From Pseudomonadota bacterium (GTDB lineage Bacteria; Bdellovibrionota; Bdellovibrionia; Bdellovibrionales; Bdellovibrionaceae): DNA of 64,000 nt. The notes below the pieces were generated by a model, which was given only the letters and a program-made list of their open reading frames with translations, was not told the origin of the DNA and did not search any database. Position numbers and translations under genes: made by a program. Positions 19,014 to 27,269 of the stretch are shown one piece after another. The first letter of the stretch is position 1. Each line of letters opens with the position of its first letter. The DNA lies in NCBI GenBank assembly GCA_041178425.1, contig JBEGVH010000021.1:1-64000 (forward strand), written 5' to 3'.

Positions 19014-19625
19014 TTACTGTGTACGCAACAAACCACAATACACACCTTCAATACGAAACGAAGCGCCCTCTGGTACAATGATAGGCGCATACTTAGAATT
19101 AGCCGAATGCAGTTCGGTTCTTTGTTTTTTACGCACCAATTTTTTGATAGTGGCCTCTTCGTCGAGCATGGCCACCACAATTTGACCCGAGTCGGCTTGA
19201 ACTTGGCGATGCACGATCACTTTATCACCATCTAAGATGCCTTCGTCGATCATGGAATCGCCTTGAACTTCGAGAACGAAATGCTCCCCTGTTTTCTTCA
19301 CCATCCAAGAAGGAATCGAAATGTTTTCGTTATTTTTTTTGTAATCGATTGGGCGCCCCGCAGCCACTTTTCCTAAAACAGGCAAAGAGACAGCGTCTTT
19401 CTTTTCTGGAGTGTTCTTAGCTATTAACTTTAAACCACGAGCTTTGCTGGAACGCTCAATATAACCCTTAGATTCTAAAGCATCGAGATACTGCTGAACT
19501 GTTCCCAGAGAGCTCAGCTCGAAATGCTCAGCCATATCTTGAAGAGTTGGGGCATAGCCTTGCTCTTTTAGAAACTCTTTAATGAACTGATAAAACTTTT
19601 GCTGCTTCGGAGTCAGTGATTCCAA
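19014..19625 (-). CDS. lexA: SOS repressor LexA
   Basis: N-terminal winged HTH (LTPKQ...GYAPT), cleavage site VAAG, catalytic GDSM and TIKK. Confidence 0.95.
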   Translation of the reverse strand: MESLTPKQQKFYQFIKEFLKEQGYAPTLQDMAEHFELSSLGTVQQYLDALESKGYIERSSKARGLKLIAKNTPEKKDAVSLPVLGKVAAGRPIDYKKNNENISIPSWMVKKTGEHFVLEVQGDSMIDEGILDGDKVIVHRQVQADSGQIVVAMLDEEATIKKLVRKKQRTELHSANSKYAPIIVPEGASFRIEGVYCGLLRTQ

Positions 19626-19643
19626 GTTAGCTCCCTTTTAATC

Positions 19644-19677
19644 TACGTACTTTATACGTACACGTACTTTTTACGTA
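19644..19677. promoter_or_regulatory. Two tandem 17-bp palindromes upstream of lexA, candidate LexA operators
   Basis: TACGTA-CTTTA-TACGTA (19644-19660) directly followed by CACGTA-CTTTT-TACGTA (19661-19677). Confidence 0.7.
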
Positions 19678-19858
19678 AATCAAGGGCAAAAATAGGTTTC
19701 ATTGGGGCCTCGACCAAAATTTTATCAAAACGAGCCAGCGAAGAGTCTGCCAACCAGTGCCAAAACGCCAAAAAAGTTTAAACAGACGCTATTCGAAATA
19801 GGATTATCCAAAATGAAACGAGCTAGCAATTTCGCAAAAACATAAGGATAATTAAAGA

Positions 19859-20962
19859 ATGCGCGCTCTCTTTTGTTATCTTGTCATTAATTTTTTTTGT
19901 GTTGCCGGATTAGCCATCAACACCACCAATGAGGGCTATCAACTTACAACCAACACACGAAAGATAATCTACGCCAACAGCATTTGCCGTGTGTTCATGA
20001 ATAAAAGCACCACAAAAGTTTACTTTATCCCCACTAAGACGGCCGCAGAGTTTAATTCTTTCATCAATGGCGCTCCCGCCGCCGACATTGTCGTTGATAC
20101 TTGTCGCTCCTGCAATGATCTCAAAATTGGAAGCGGCGGCACCCTCGCCAGTGGCGTGTATGAAATTGATCCCGATGGCACCGGTGGCCTGGGCACCGTT
20201 AAGTTTTATTGCGACATGACCACCCAAGGCGGCGGCTGGACTCTGGTGTGGTCCAACTTGCGGGGCGGCACCAACAAACCTGTCACGGGAATTTCACGAG
20301 CCACGGCAACCACAGGCGGCGTTCGCTGCTCCACGGCCAACAGTAGCACGAGCGACACCTCTGGAAGTTGCTCGATGATTAGCTCTAACAAAGAAGGGTT
20401 TAACTATTTTATTGGTTTAGATGCATGGAACTCTCTTGGACGAAACAAAAAATACATGGAGTTTATGTACAACTGGAGCACCAACTATGGCTACTCGATC
20501 GATCAAGAAACCCGATTTGCACTTCAGCAATTTACCTCCGCCGAAACTCACACAATAAAACTCACCAATCCGTCTCAAACTGTAGGTGGCACCACACCGG
20601 GAATTTATAGTTACCACAACAACAACACTTTCAAAGTCTCGGCGGATGGTGGCTGCCCTACGAGCTACTCCAATACACCTTTTTGGTATGTGTCTTGCTG
20701 GTCTGGGAGCATGAACGGTGGTGGCGAAAATTCTGGAGGAAGTTACTACAACGGCGCCTATTGGACAAGCTCATCACAGGCTTGGGGAACCGCTGGCGGC
20801 AATGGTGCCGGCAACGGCTGGATGTGGATTCGCGAGTCTGACTATTACTCGAGCTGTACTGAGGCGAAAACAATTGGCGGATTTGTTAACTCTGGCAATT
20901 ACATGATCGATAGCGATGGCCCCGGCGGAAGCGCTGCCGTCAGCACCTATTGCACGATGTGA
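19859..20962 (+). CDS. Secreted fibrinogen-like (YCDxxxxGGGW) domain protein
   Basis: Signal peptide, N-terminal domain shared with the 7812 ORF, FYCDMTTQGGGWTLV, FWYVSCW, and a second SSC...YC module at the C-terminus. Confidence 0.85.
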   Translation: MRALFCYLVINFFCVAGLAINTTNEGYQLTTNTRKIIYANSICRVFMNKSTTKVYFIPTKTAAEFNSFINGAPAADIVVDTCRSCNDLKIGSGGTLASGVYEIDPDGTGGLGTVKFYCDMTTQGGGWTLVWSNLRGGTNKPVTGISRATATTGGVRCSTANSSTSDTSGSCSMISSNKEGFNYFIGLDAWNSLGRNKKYMEFMYNWSTNYGYSIDQETRFALQQFTSAETHTIKLTNPSQTVGGTTPGIYSYHNNNTFKVSADGGCPTSYSNTPFWYVSCWSGSMNGGGENSGGSYYNGAYWTSSSQAWGTAGGNGAGNGWMWIRESDYYSSCTEAKTIGGFVNSGNYMIDSDGPGGSAAVSTYCTM

Positions 20963-21087
20963 GCTGCAGGCTATTCCGCCTCTGCCCAAAACCAATTTGA
21001 GCCCAACAGAATAAAACTAAGTTCTTTAAGCGGACTTTTTATTTCTATAGTTCGTGAATAATTCCTATATCATGTCACTTTTTCATG

Positions 21088-21115
21088 AAAAAACGACATG
21101 TATATGTCGTTTTTT
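21088..21115. promoter_or_regulatory. Perfect 12-bp inverted repeat, possible operator
   Basis: AAAAAACGACAT-GTAT-ATGTCGTTTTTT. Confidence 0.45.
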
Positions 21116-21253
21116 ATCCAAGACGAGAATCTCCTCCACCCTCGCCACCGCAAAATTAACGCAACTTACTAAGAAGGGATTATTTGCGTAATTACAATAT
21201 TTTACATATGAAAAACTAGACAGAGACTTACGAACTATTTAACGAGGAACCCC

Positions 21254-22000
21254 ATGACAATGCTCACAGATGTTCAAGTTTGGATTGCTTTTGCCACACT
21301 CTTTGCCCTCGAGCTCGTTCTCGGAATCGACAACGTTATTTTTATTTCAATTCTTGCCGGAAAGCTGCCCGCTGAGCAACGCGAAAAGGCCCGAGTGAGC
21401 GGCCTTAGCCTTGCGGTCATTACTCGAATTTTACTTTTGCTTTCGCTCTCCTGGATCATCGGACTTACAGAGCCACTGTTTACGATGGCTGGCCACGAAA
21501 TCTCGGGCCGCGATATTATTTTGATTCTTGGTGGGCTTTTCTTAATACTTAAAAGCACAATGGAGATTCACCACAAACTCGAGGGCATTGAGGGCAGCCA
21601 ATCTCATTCAGTCGCCCACTCTTTTAGAGCGGTCATCATCCAAATACTCCTTTTAGATATCGTATTCTCTCTCGACTCAGTGATCACTGCCGTGGGGATT
21701 GTGAGCCAAATTGAAGTGATGATTGCCGCGGTTGTTGCCTCCACCGCCGTGATGATTTTTCTGGCCAAACCACTCAGCGAATTTGTCGACACTCACCCCT
21801 CTTTGAAGGTTCTGGCTTTGAGCTTTCTCTTGATGATTGGTTTTACTCTGATTGTAGAAGGTCTCGACGTGCACATCCCTAAAGGGTATGTCTATTTTGC
21901 CATGGCTTTCTCGGTGGGCGTTGAAATGCTAAATATTCGCATGAGGCACAAACAAGTCGCACCCGTTAAACTACGGGAACGAGTGGCCGAAGAGAAGTAG
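21254..22000 (+). CDS. TerC family membrane protein
   Basis: LELVLGIDNVIFI, DIVFSLDSVITAVG and KGYVYFAMAFS motifs. Confidence 0.93.
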   Translation: MTMLTDVQVWIAFATLFALELVLGIDNVIFISILAGKLPAEQREKARVSGLSLAVITRILLLLSLSWIIGLTEPLFTMAGHEISGRDIILILGGLFLILKSTMEIHHKLEGIEGSQSHSVAHSFRAVIIQILLLDIVFSLDSVITAVGIVSQIEVMIAAVVASTAVMIFLAKPLSEFVDTHPSLKVLALSFLLMIGFTLIVEGLDVHIPKGYVYFAMAFSVGVEMLNIRMRHKQVAPVKLRERVAEEK

Positions 22001-22073
22001 AGATCTTAATGGATTTACAGATTGATAGCCTAAGGTTTTGACTCGGCCCTCAATCTTGGGTAACGTCTACAAT

Positions 22074-22433
22074 ATGTCTCGCATCGGTCGGCTAAACCCC
22101 CATTTTAAACCCGCTTTTGATGGATTAAAAATCGCGACGGCACTCATTGAAAAAATCCTTCAAACCAACACAATCATTGAGGCCTATTTATTCGGATCTG
22201 CGGCTGAAGAAAAAAACACCGCAGACTCTGATCTTGATATTCTTCTCGTAATACCTGATGGTTTATCTTCCAAAGATTACTATAAGATTGTCACAACTCC
22301 CTTTTTCTCTCCCATTGCCGTTGACTGGATCATCAAAAACGAAACAGATTTTAAAAAAGAATGCGAGATTGGTGGAGTAGCCATGATTGCAAAACACCAA
22401 GGAAAGAGACTCTGGCCTAATGGTAAACAATAA
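22074..22433 (+). CDS. Minimal nucleotidyltransferase (MNT) antitoxin
   Basis: LFGS-X10-DLD motif, start probably ATG 22074, overlaps the HEPN gene. Confidence 0.85.
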   Translation: MSRIGRLNPHFKPAFDGLKIATALIEKILQTNTIIEAYLFGSAAEEKNTADSDLDILLVIPDGLSSKDYYKIVTTPFFSPIAVDWIIKNETDFKKECEIGGVAMIAKHQGKRLWPNGKQ

Positions 22434-22818
22434 ACCCCTTTTATTTAAACCTGAATACGCATCTTCATTGCTAACTATTGCCAAAGGCGACCTAGCCACT
22501 GCCGCCGCATTAATCCAATCGCCAAACCCCGGACGTCTCGAAAATATTTATTATATGATTCAACAGAGTGTTGAAAAGGCGATAAAATCGGTCTTAGTTA
22601 AGAATCAAATTCCCTTTCCGATGGTCCATGACCTGGGAATTCTCATCGCGCTCCTTCCTTCCACAAAATATCCCCCAGGTGGGTTTGACTGGACAGCTCT
22701 GAATCCCTACGCCTCGATTCGAAGATATGAAGAAGGCAACCTCCCCATATCTATGGACGAAGTTAAGATCGCCTACGATGCCGCTCTTGAAGTAATGAAA
22801 TGGGCCGAGGTCAATTAA
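22420..22818 (+). CDS. HEPN domain protein (toxin partner of MNT)
   Basis: AKGDL, QQSVEKAIK, HDL and RY motifs. Coupled to the MNT gene. Confidence 0.85.
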   Translation: MVNNKPLLFKPEYASSLLTIAKGDLATAAALIQSPNPGRLENIYYMIQQSVEKAIKSVLVKNQIPFPMVHDLGILIALLPSTKYPPGGFDWTALNPYASIRRYEEGNLPISMDEVKIAYDAALEVMKWAEVN

Positions 22819-22827
22819 CCTTCTCGA

Positions 22828-23742
22828 TTAATGAAAGTAGCCAATAATCATAATAGAGCCCACTACGGGGTTGGCATTGGTGAAGTTTGTTTTACCAAAC
22901 ATATACGAGCCGCGAGCCACAACGGCAAAATTGGTTTCGGAGGTTCGAAAGAATCGAAATCCAACTCCTGCTCCGGCGAGCCAGCCAGAGGCGCGGTCGT
23001 TTGAACTACACAAAAGAACGTTCGGCGGACAGCCCACCGAGGCCACAGCACCACCATAACCCACATGGCCTTCTAACACTGGACTATAGTTTTGGGTTGA
23101 AGGGTAATAGTTCATTCCGAAATTAACGGCGGCATAGTAGGCGTCATTTTCAGCGCGACTCTGAGTGGAGAGCCAATCTAAATCGAGGTGCATGTCCCAA
23201 TCGAAATCGAGCTCGTAATTATAACCAAGATTCCAAAGAACCGAGCCCCCTTCGACGTTAAGGTTCTGGGTATAGCCAGGCCCAAGCCCAAAACTAACTT
23301 GATTAAGAACCTTTCGGTGGCGACGCTGATCTTGCTGTTCAAAAACCGTTACATCTTTAACCGTGATATTTTCTTCGGCAGGAACCTCATTATCAATCGA
23401 ACGAACCAGACGAACGACAACCACATCCATATCCGACATCACCGAGGCCTTGAGGGTGGCCCGAAAAACTTCTCGACCGCCCTGGTTCTTGATAAGAGTG
23501 ATTGAATAGGCCTCGCCCAACTTAACAATACGACCACCAATGGAATAATCAGCCTCGGTACTCGTTTCAACGAGCGTATGGTGCACATCAGAGGCGACGC
23601 TTGTTCGCACCAGTTCGTCGATCGTGGCCAAGTCACCGGAGGCCACTGAAATACCTTGCAGATTACCAACGTAAACTTTTTTAGCCCAACCTATGGTTGA
23701 GCAGAGGATGATTCCGAAAAACACCAAAAGTTGACGCAACAT
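22828..23742 (-). CDS. Secreted protein with probable C-terminal outer-membrane beta-barrel
   Basis: Signal peptide from ATG 23742 with GGAGG upstream. C-terminal half has amphipathic beta-strands. Confidence 0.65.
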   Translation of the reverse strand: MLRQLLVFFGIILCSTIGWAKKVYVGNLQGISVASGDLATIDELVRTSVASDVHHTLVETSTEADYSIGGRIVKLGEAYSITLIKNQGGREVFRATLKASVMSDMDVVVVRLVRSIDNEVPAEENITVKDVTVFEQQDQRRHRKVLNQVSFGLGPGYTQNLNVEGGSVLWNLGYNYELDFDWDMHLDLDWLSTQSRAENDAYYAAVNFGMNYYPSTQNYSPVLEGHVGYGGAVASVGCPPNVLLCSSNDRASGWLAGAGVGFRFFRTSETNFAVVARGSYMFGKTNFTNANPVVGSIMIIGYFH

Positions 23743-23837
23743 CAGCGACCTCCCTGCCAATTTAAGGTTAAACGCCACCATATTGCGAAGCAATCTCTAA
23801 CTCGACAGCAGGGCCTGGGTCGGTTATAACGGAGGCT

Positions 23838-24509
23838 ATGAATCCAGAGATCGAAATCCTTTATGAAGACCAATGGCTATTGGCTGTCAATAAACCGCCG
23901 GGCCTCCCCACTCAACCAACCGTGGATAAAAAAAGGCCCAGCCTTTACACTGTCTTGTTGGAGGAAAAAAAATGGTCTTATCTTGGATTGCATCATCGCC
24001 TCGATGCTCCAACGAGCGGAGTCGTGCTCCTCACCAAACATAAAGATGCCAACAAAGGTGTCGCAGACCTTTTTAAAGAGCGTAACGCCGAGAAAAATTA
24101 CCAATGTCTTGCGCATGGGATTCCCGCTCAAGCTGAGTTTGAATTTAAAAATTACTTAAAGCCACTCAAATTAAAAACCGGCAAAACAAAAATGGTTTCT
24201 ACTCAATCGGGTGGAGATTTTGCGCACACGGTATTCAAGGTTATCGAAACCTTTACGAAGGAGAGTCTGATCCTCGCTTCCCCTCAAACTGGAAGAATGC
24301 ACCAAATTCGTACTCACCTTGCCGAGCTCACTCATCCTATTCTCGGAGACAGCCTTTACTTTAGAGCCGACCGCCACTACCCGCGCCTTATGCTTCATGC
24401 TTTTGAATTAAAGTGCGACCACCCCATCACAAAAAAGCCCCTCGTCATTACCGCTCCCCTCCCCCAAGATTTCGAACGCGCCCTCGCTCGTTTGAGAACC
24501 AAATCCTAA
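23838..24509 (+). CDS. RluA-family pseudouridine synthase
   Basis: VNKPPGL, HRLDAPTSG, TGRMHQIR, PILGD and LMLHA motifs. Confidence 0.93.
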   Translation: MNPEIEILYEDQWLLAVNKPPGLPTQPTVDKKRPSLYTVLLEEKKWSYLGLHHRLDAPTSGVVLLTKHKDANKGVADLFKERNAEKNYQCLAHGIPAQAEFEFKNYLKPLKLKTGKTKMVSTQSGGDFAHTVFKVIETFTKESLILASPQTGRMHQIRTHLAELTHPILGDSLYFRADRHYPRLMLHAFELKCDHPITKKPLVITAPLPQDFERALARLRTKS

Positions 24510-24588
24510 CCAAGTTAAAGGGATTGGATTGAGGCTAACTTGATCACTCTGAAATGATATTGATGAATAAAGATTTTTTACCTAAACA

Positions 24589-24652
24589 CCTTTGTTTTGA
24601 CGCCCCTCTTCTTCGCATCAGCGCTGCGCTCTGTTACACAAACACTTGAACC
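24589..24652. repeat. Degenerate direct copy of an internal 64-bp segment of the HNH gene (24922-24985)
   Basis: 54/64 ungapped identity by manual alignment. Confidence 0.8.
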
Positions 24653-24694
24653 AACTATCGCACAGCCCAAGAATGCTACCGTGAGGTGACCAAT

Positions 24695-25849
24695 CTATTT
24701 CGTAAACCAAAAGCCGTGGGTTTCTTTCAAGCGAAACTGATTGTGAGTGCGGCAAAGCAATTGAAGCGAATGAATCTCGCTCGATCCACCTTGACTCACC
24801 GGCGTGATATGATCGATTTCAAGTTGATGTCGACTCGCACAACGATGACCCGTGGTTGATTGGTACTCGCAACAACCGCCTGCTCTGGTAAACACTTTTC
24901 GTTTAACGTCGATTGGGATAGCCTTTCTTTTGACACTCCCCTTCTTAGCATCAGTGCCGCGCTCTGTTACACCAACAATCGAACCCACGTTGGCAACAGA
25001 ATGAGAAGAGTTAGAGTTAGAGTTAGAGTTAGATTCGGTTCTATTTTTCTCTAATACGCTGAACCCTCGCTTCATTTCACTTTTCGTAATCTCGACTTGG
25101 CCTTTGCGCTTTCTCAGCGTCGACGATGTAAGTTGGAGCATGTATTTAAGAACCTGTGCCAAGTCGCCGTCGGGAATGGTGTGACTAAGGAGCTCTTTGA
25201 CGTCTTGAAGGGCCGCAATGGTTTCTTGATCCACCGTGATTTGCAGTTGGGAATGCGTAGACGTCATAGGCTTTTCTCTTGAGGGAGGTAAGGCCGATAC
25301 GGGATTCTCTCGCGCAAGGATAACGCGCGCTTCTTTGTGGGTTTTGCATTTGATAGATTCAATGAGGTGCTTTTTTGTTTCTGCCGTCAGTGTCGATTGC
25401 TTTTCTTCACTTTGTATAAAACTCTGAACCAAGGCTGCATTGGAGAGGCTCAACGTTCCGTTAAATAAGTCATTTTGCACCTCGGGAACGGCCTCGATCA
25501 GCTTCAGAGCTTGGAGTCGTTGATAGGTGGCCGACTCACTAAGACCAAAATGCTTAACTAAAAACTCAAAGAGACTGGGGTATCCAAGGGCGGCAAAAAC
25601 TCGTCGCGCTTTGATTTCTTTAAGACCTAATAAAATGGCATCGCCAATGCGTTTTTCTCGCTGAAGCAATCCCTGTACTTGCATCACGAGTTCTGTGTCG
25701 TTGAGCGATTGCAAACGATTTTCAAAAGCCGTCAATTCAGCATCAGGGGTCTTAGTTTTTTCGGAGGAGATTTTTTCGGAGGAGATTTTTTCGGAAGAGA
25801 TTTTTTCGATAACAGGAGTTTGATTAGCTTCTGTGTTTTTGTGCTGCAC
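24695..25849 (-). CDS. HNH endonuclease with long helical N-terminal domain (DUF222-like architecture), probably a selfish element
   Basis: Likely start GTG 25849 with GAGG upstream. LGYPSLFEF helical N-terminal domain and C-terminal CCEY..RC..LEIDH..LCRTHN. Confidence 0.85.
   Translation of the reverse strand: MQHKNTEANQTPVIEKISSEKISSEKISSEKTKTPDAELTAFENRLQSLNDTELVMQVQGLLQREKRIGDAILLGLKEIKARRVFAALGYPSLFEFLVKHFGLSESATYQRLQALKLIEAVPEVQNDLFNGTLSLSNAALVQSFIQSEEKQSTLTAETKKHLIESIKCKTHKEARVILARENPVSALPPSREKPMTSTHSQLQITVDQETIAALQDVKELLSHTIPDGDLAQVLKYMLQLTSSTLRKRKGQVEITKSEMKRGFSVLEKNRTESNSNSNSNSSHSVANVGSIVGVTERGTDAKKGSVKRKAIPIDVKRKVFTRAGGCCEYQSTTGHRCASRHQLEIDHITPVSQGGSSEIHSLQLLCRTHNQFRLKETHGFWFTK
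25008..25032. repeat. Hexamer microsatellite (GAGTTA)4 encoding SNSNSN in the HNH linker
   Basis: Direct reading of the sequence. Confidence 0.8.
25756..25808. repeat. 15-bp tandem repeat (about 3.5 copies) encoding EKISS
   Basis: TTTTTCGGAGGAGAT-type units, translated as EKISSEKISSEKISSEK. Confidence 0.85.
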
Positions 25850-25876
25850 TTTAGAACCTCGTAGAAAGATAGTTTT

Positions 25877-25914
25877 TGAATCCCTGAATCCCTGAATCCC
25901 TGAATCCCTGAATC
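25877..25914. repeat. Octamer tandem repeat (TGAATCCC)4 plus TGAATC upstream of the HNH gene
   Basis: Direct reading of the sequence. Confidence 0.9.
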
Positions 25915-26162
25915 GAGGGCAATATATCACAGGTTTTTTGAACCAAAATTTCAATCAAGGATACGCTTTACGGGGTGAAAATTCCGATCGGCTGTCCGGA
26001 CGCTTGTTGATTTTTTTCGTGCAACCAGAAGTCCTTATGGTCGTCAAGACTAGCTCAATTGAATATGCATTGCCATCGCTTGGTTTTTGGATTTTCTACC
26101 GAAAAATGGCGTCAAGAATTTATTTTTAGATCAATGAAATAACGCGATCCTTTCTCGTATCG

Positions 26163-26182
26163 GTGTCGCAGCGCCTCACTCA
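26163..26182. repeat. 20-bp exact copy of 7238-7257 (GTGTCGCAGCGCCTCACTCA), related to the HNH linker motif
   Basis: Exact match, extended leftwards by CGTATCG versus CGCATCA. Confidence 0.8.
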
Positions 26183-26394
26183 CTCGAAACTTTCCTTCAG
26201 ATAAGATATTGGTACATAGAACTTATTTATTCCCGATTAAGCCTCGCCATTTTTTAATCCAATTTTGTTCACACTTTTTAACACATCGATTTTTTGCCGG
26301 CGGTTTTTATCATGGCAATTGAAAACTCTTTTAGTGCCCCACTACCAGGTTTTCGTTTTTTAACTTTCCACAAGAAATTCTTTCTTATATCCTG

Positions 26395-27078
26395 ATGCTA
26401 AATGCTGAGTATTTTATACATTTTTTTTATCTTTGCGAGTCTTTTGCCGGAATAACCAACCTCACTCTCTCCGGCAATGCATCAGGTTTTTCGTGTCCCA
26501 TGAAAAGCGCGACCTGTAATGGCACAACGTCCGCACTGGCTGCTGGAAGCTGCAACCAACTCTTATCAAATGGAATTACTACAAGTGGCATTTATTGGAT
26601 TAAACCAGACAATAACCCATCCTTCCAAGTTTACTGTGAACAGACTTTCGATACAGGTGGCTACACACTTATCGCAGACCTACTGAGAGATAATAATATT
26701 TTATGGGTTAACATGTCGGCATCGACCGGTAATCTTACCGATGGACAGAAACTGACTGATGCCAGAATCGATGCTATTTGGCTTCGAACCGATTCAGAAA
26801 AACGACTGTTAATTCGATGCCGAGACGGCGGAATCTGGGGCTCCGCCGTAGCCTCTAATTGGTATAATGGCGAATTCCTGAATTCCTTCCGAAGTAATTG
26901 CATACCTTACAAGGGTAATGCTTTTAGCTATGGCGCAACCATCAATGGCTGGAATGATTCAAGAAGCTGGTATCAACAAACTGGCAGTGGTGGATGCCTT
27001 CATGGAAGTGGCACTGGAATGGCCGCCACCGGAACAAGCGTAACCTGCAATGGCGACCTACAATTCTTGATTAAGTAA
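26395..27078 (+). CDS. Small secreted fibrinogen-like domain protein
   Basis: FAGITNLTLSGNASGF, then SCNQLL...SGIYWIKPD...VYCEQTFDTGGYTLIA. Cys-rich. Start codon uncertain. Confidence 0.75.
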   Translation: MLNAEYFIHFFYLCESFAGITNLTLSGNASGFSCPMKSATCNGTTSALAAGSCNQLLSNGITTSGIYWIKPDNNPSFQVYCEQTFDTGGYTLIADLLRDNNILWVNMSASTGNLTDGQKLTDARIDAIWLRTDSEKRLLIRCRDGGIWGSAVASNWYNGEFLNSFRSNCIPYKGNAFSYGATINGWNDSRSWYQQTGSGGCLHGSGTGMAATGTSVTCNGDLQFLIK

Positions 27079-27234
27079 TAAACCGCCCGAAGGATAGGTT
27101 TGCGGCACGCCAATTTGTTTTGAGGATTTTTCACTAAAATCATATCCCATCATACGGCACCATCTCAGAGCGAGACGGTTGCTGACTTCAAAGAGAACTA
27201 AACTATCTCAATTTATGACAGTCGGTCTTTGGTC

Positions 27235-27262
27235 TCAAGTGCTGCGCGGCACCTGCCGATAA
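27235..27262 (+). promoter_or_regulatory. Putative sigma28 (FliA) promoter of fibre gene 3
   Basis: TCAAG-N15-GCCGATAA, 7 nt upstream of ATG 27270. Confidence 0.7.
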
Positions 27263-27269
27263 AGAGACC

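Noticed and set aside
13983..19625. Idea that the imuA-imuB-dnaE2 cassette specifically diversifies neighbouring adhesins
   Set aside because: The cassette is a known general SOS mutasome, and proximity alone gives no evidence of targeting.
21130..21253. yybP-ykoY Mn riboswitch upstream of terC
   Set aside because: Only a weak AT-rich hairpin is visible and the conserved riboswitch core was not recognisable. An Infernal/Rfam search would be needed.
25850..25954. N-terminal extension of the HNH ORF (MKFWFKK...RDSGIQGFRDS)
   Set aside because: It is a translation of the octamer repeat region. GTG 25849 with a GAGG RBS is the more plausible start.
26402..26430. Poly-T phase variation in the signal peptide of the 26395 gene (T8; one extra T would join ATG 26402 in frame)
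   Set aside because: T-runs are expected in Phe/Ile-rich signal peptides and the ORF is already open from 26395, so there is no support without read data.
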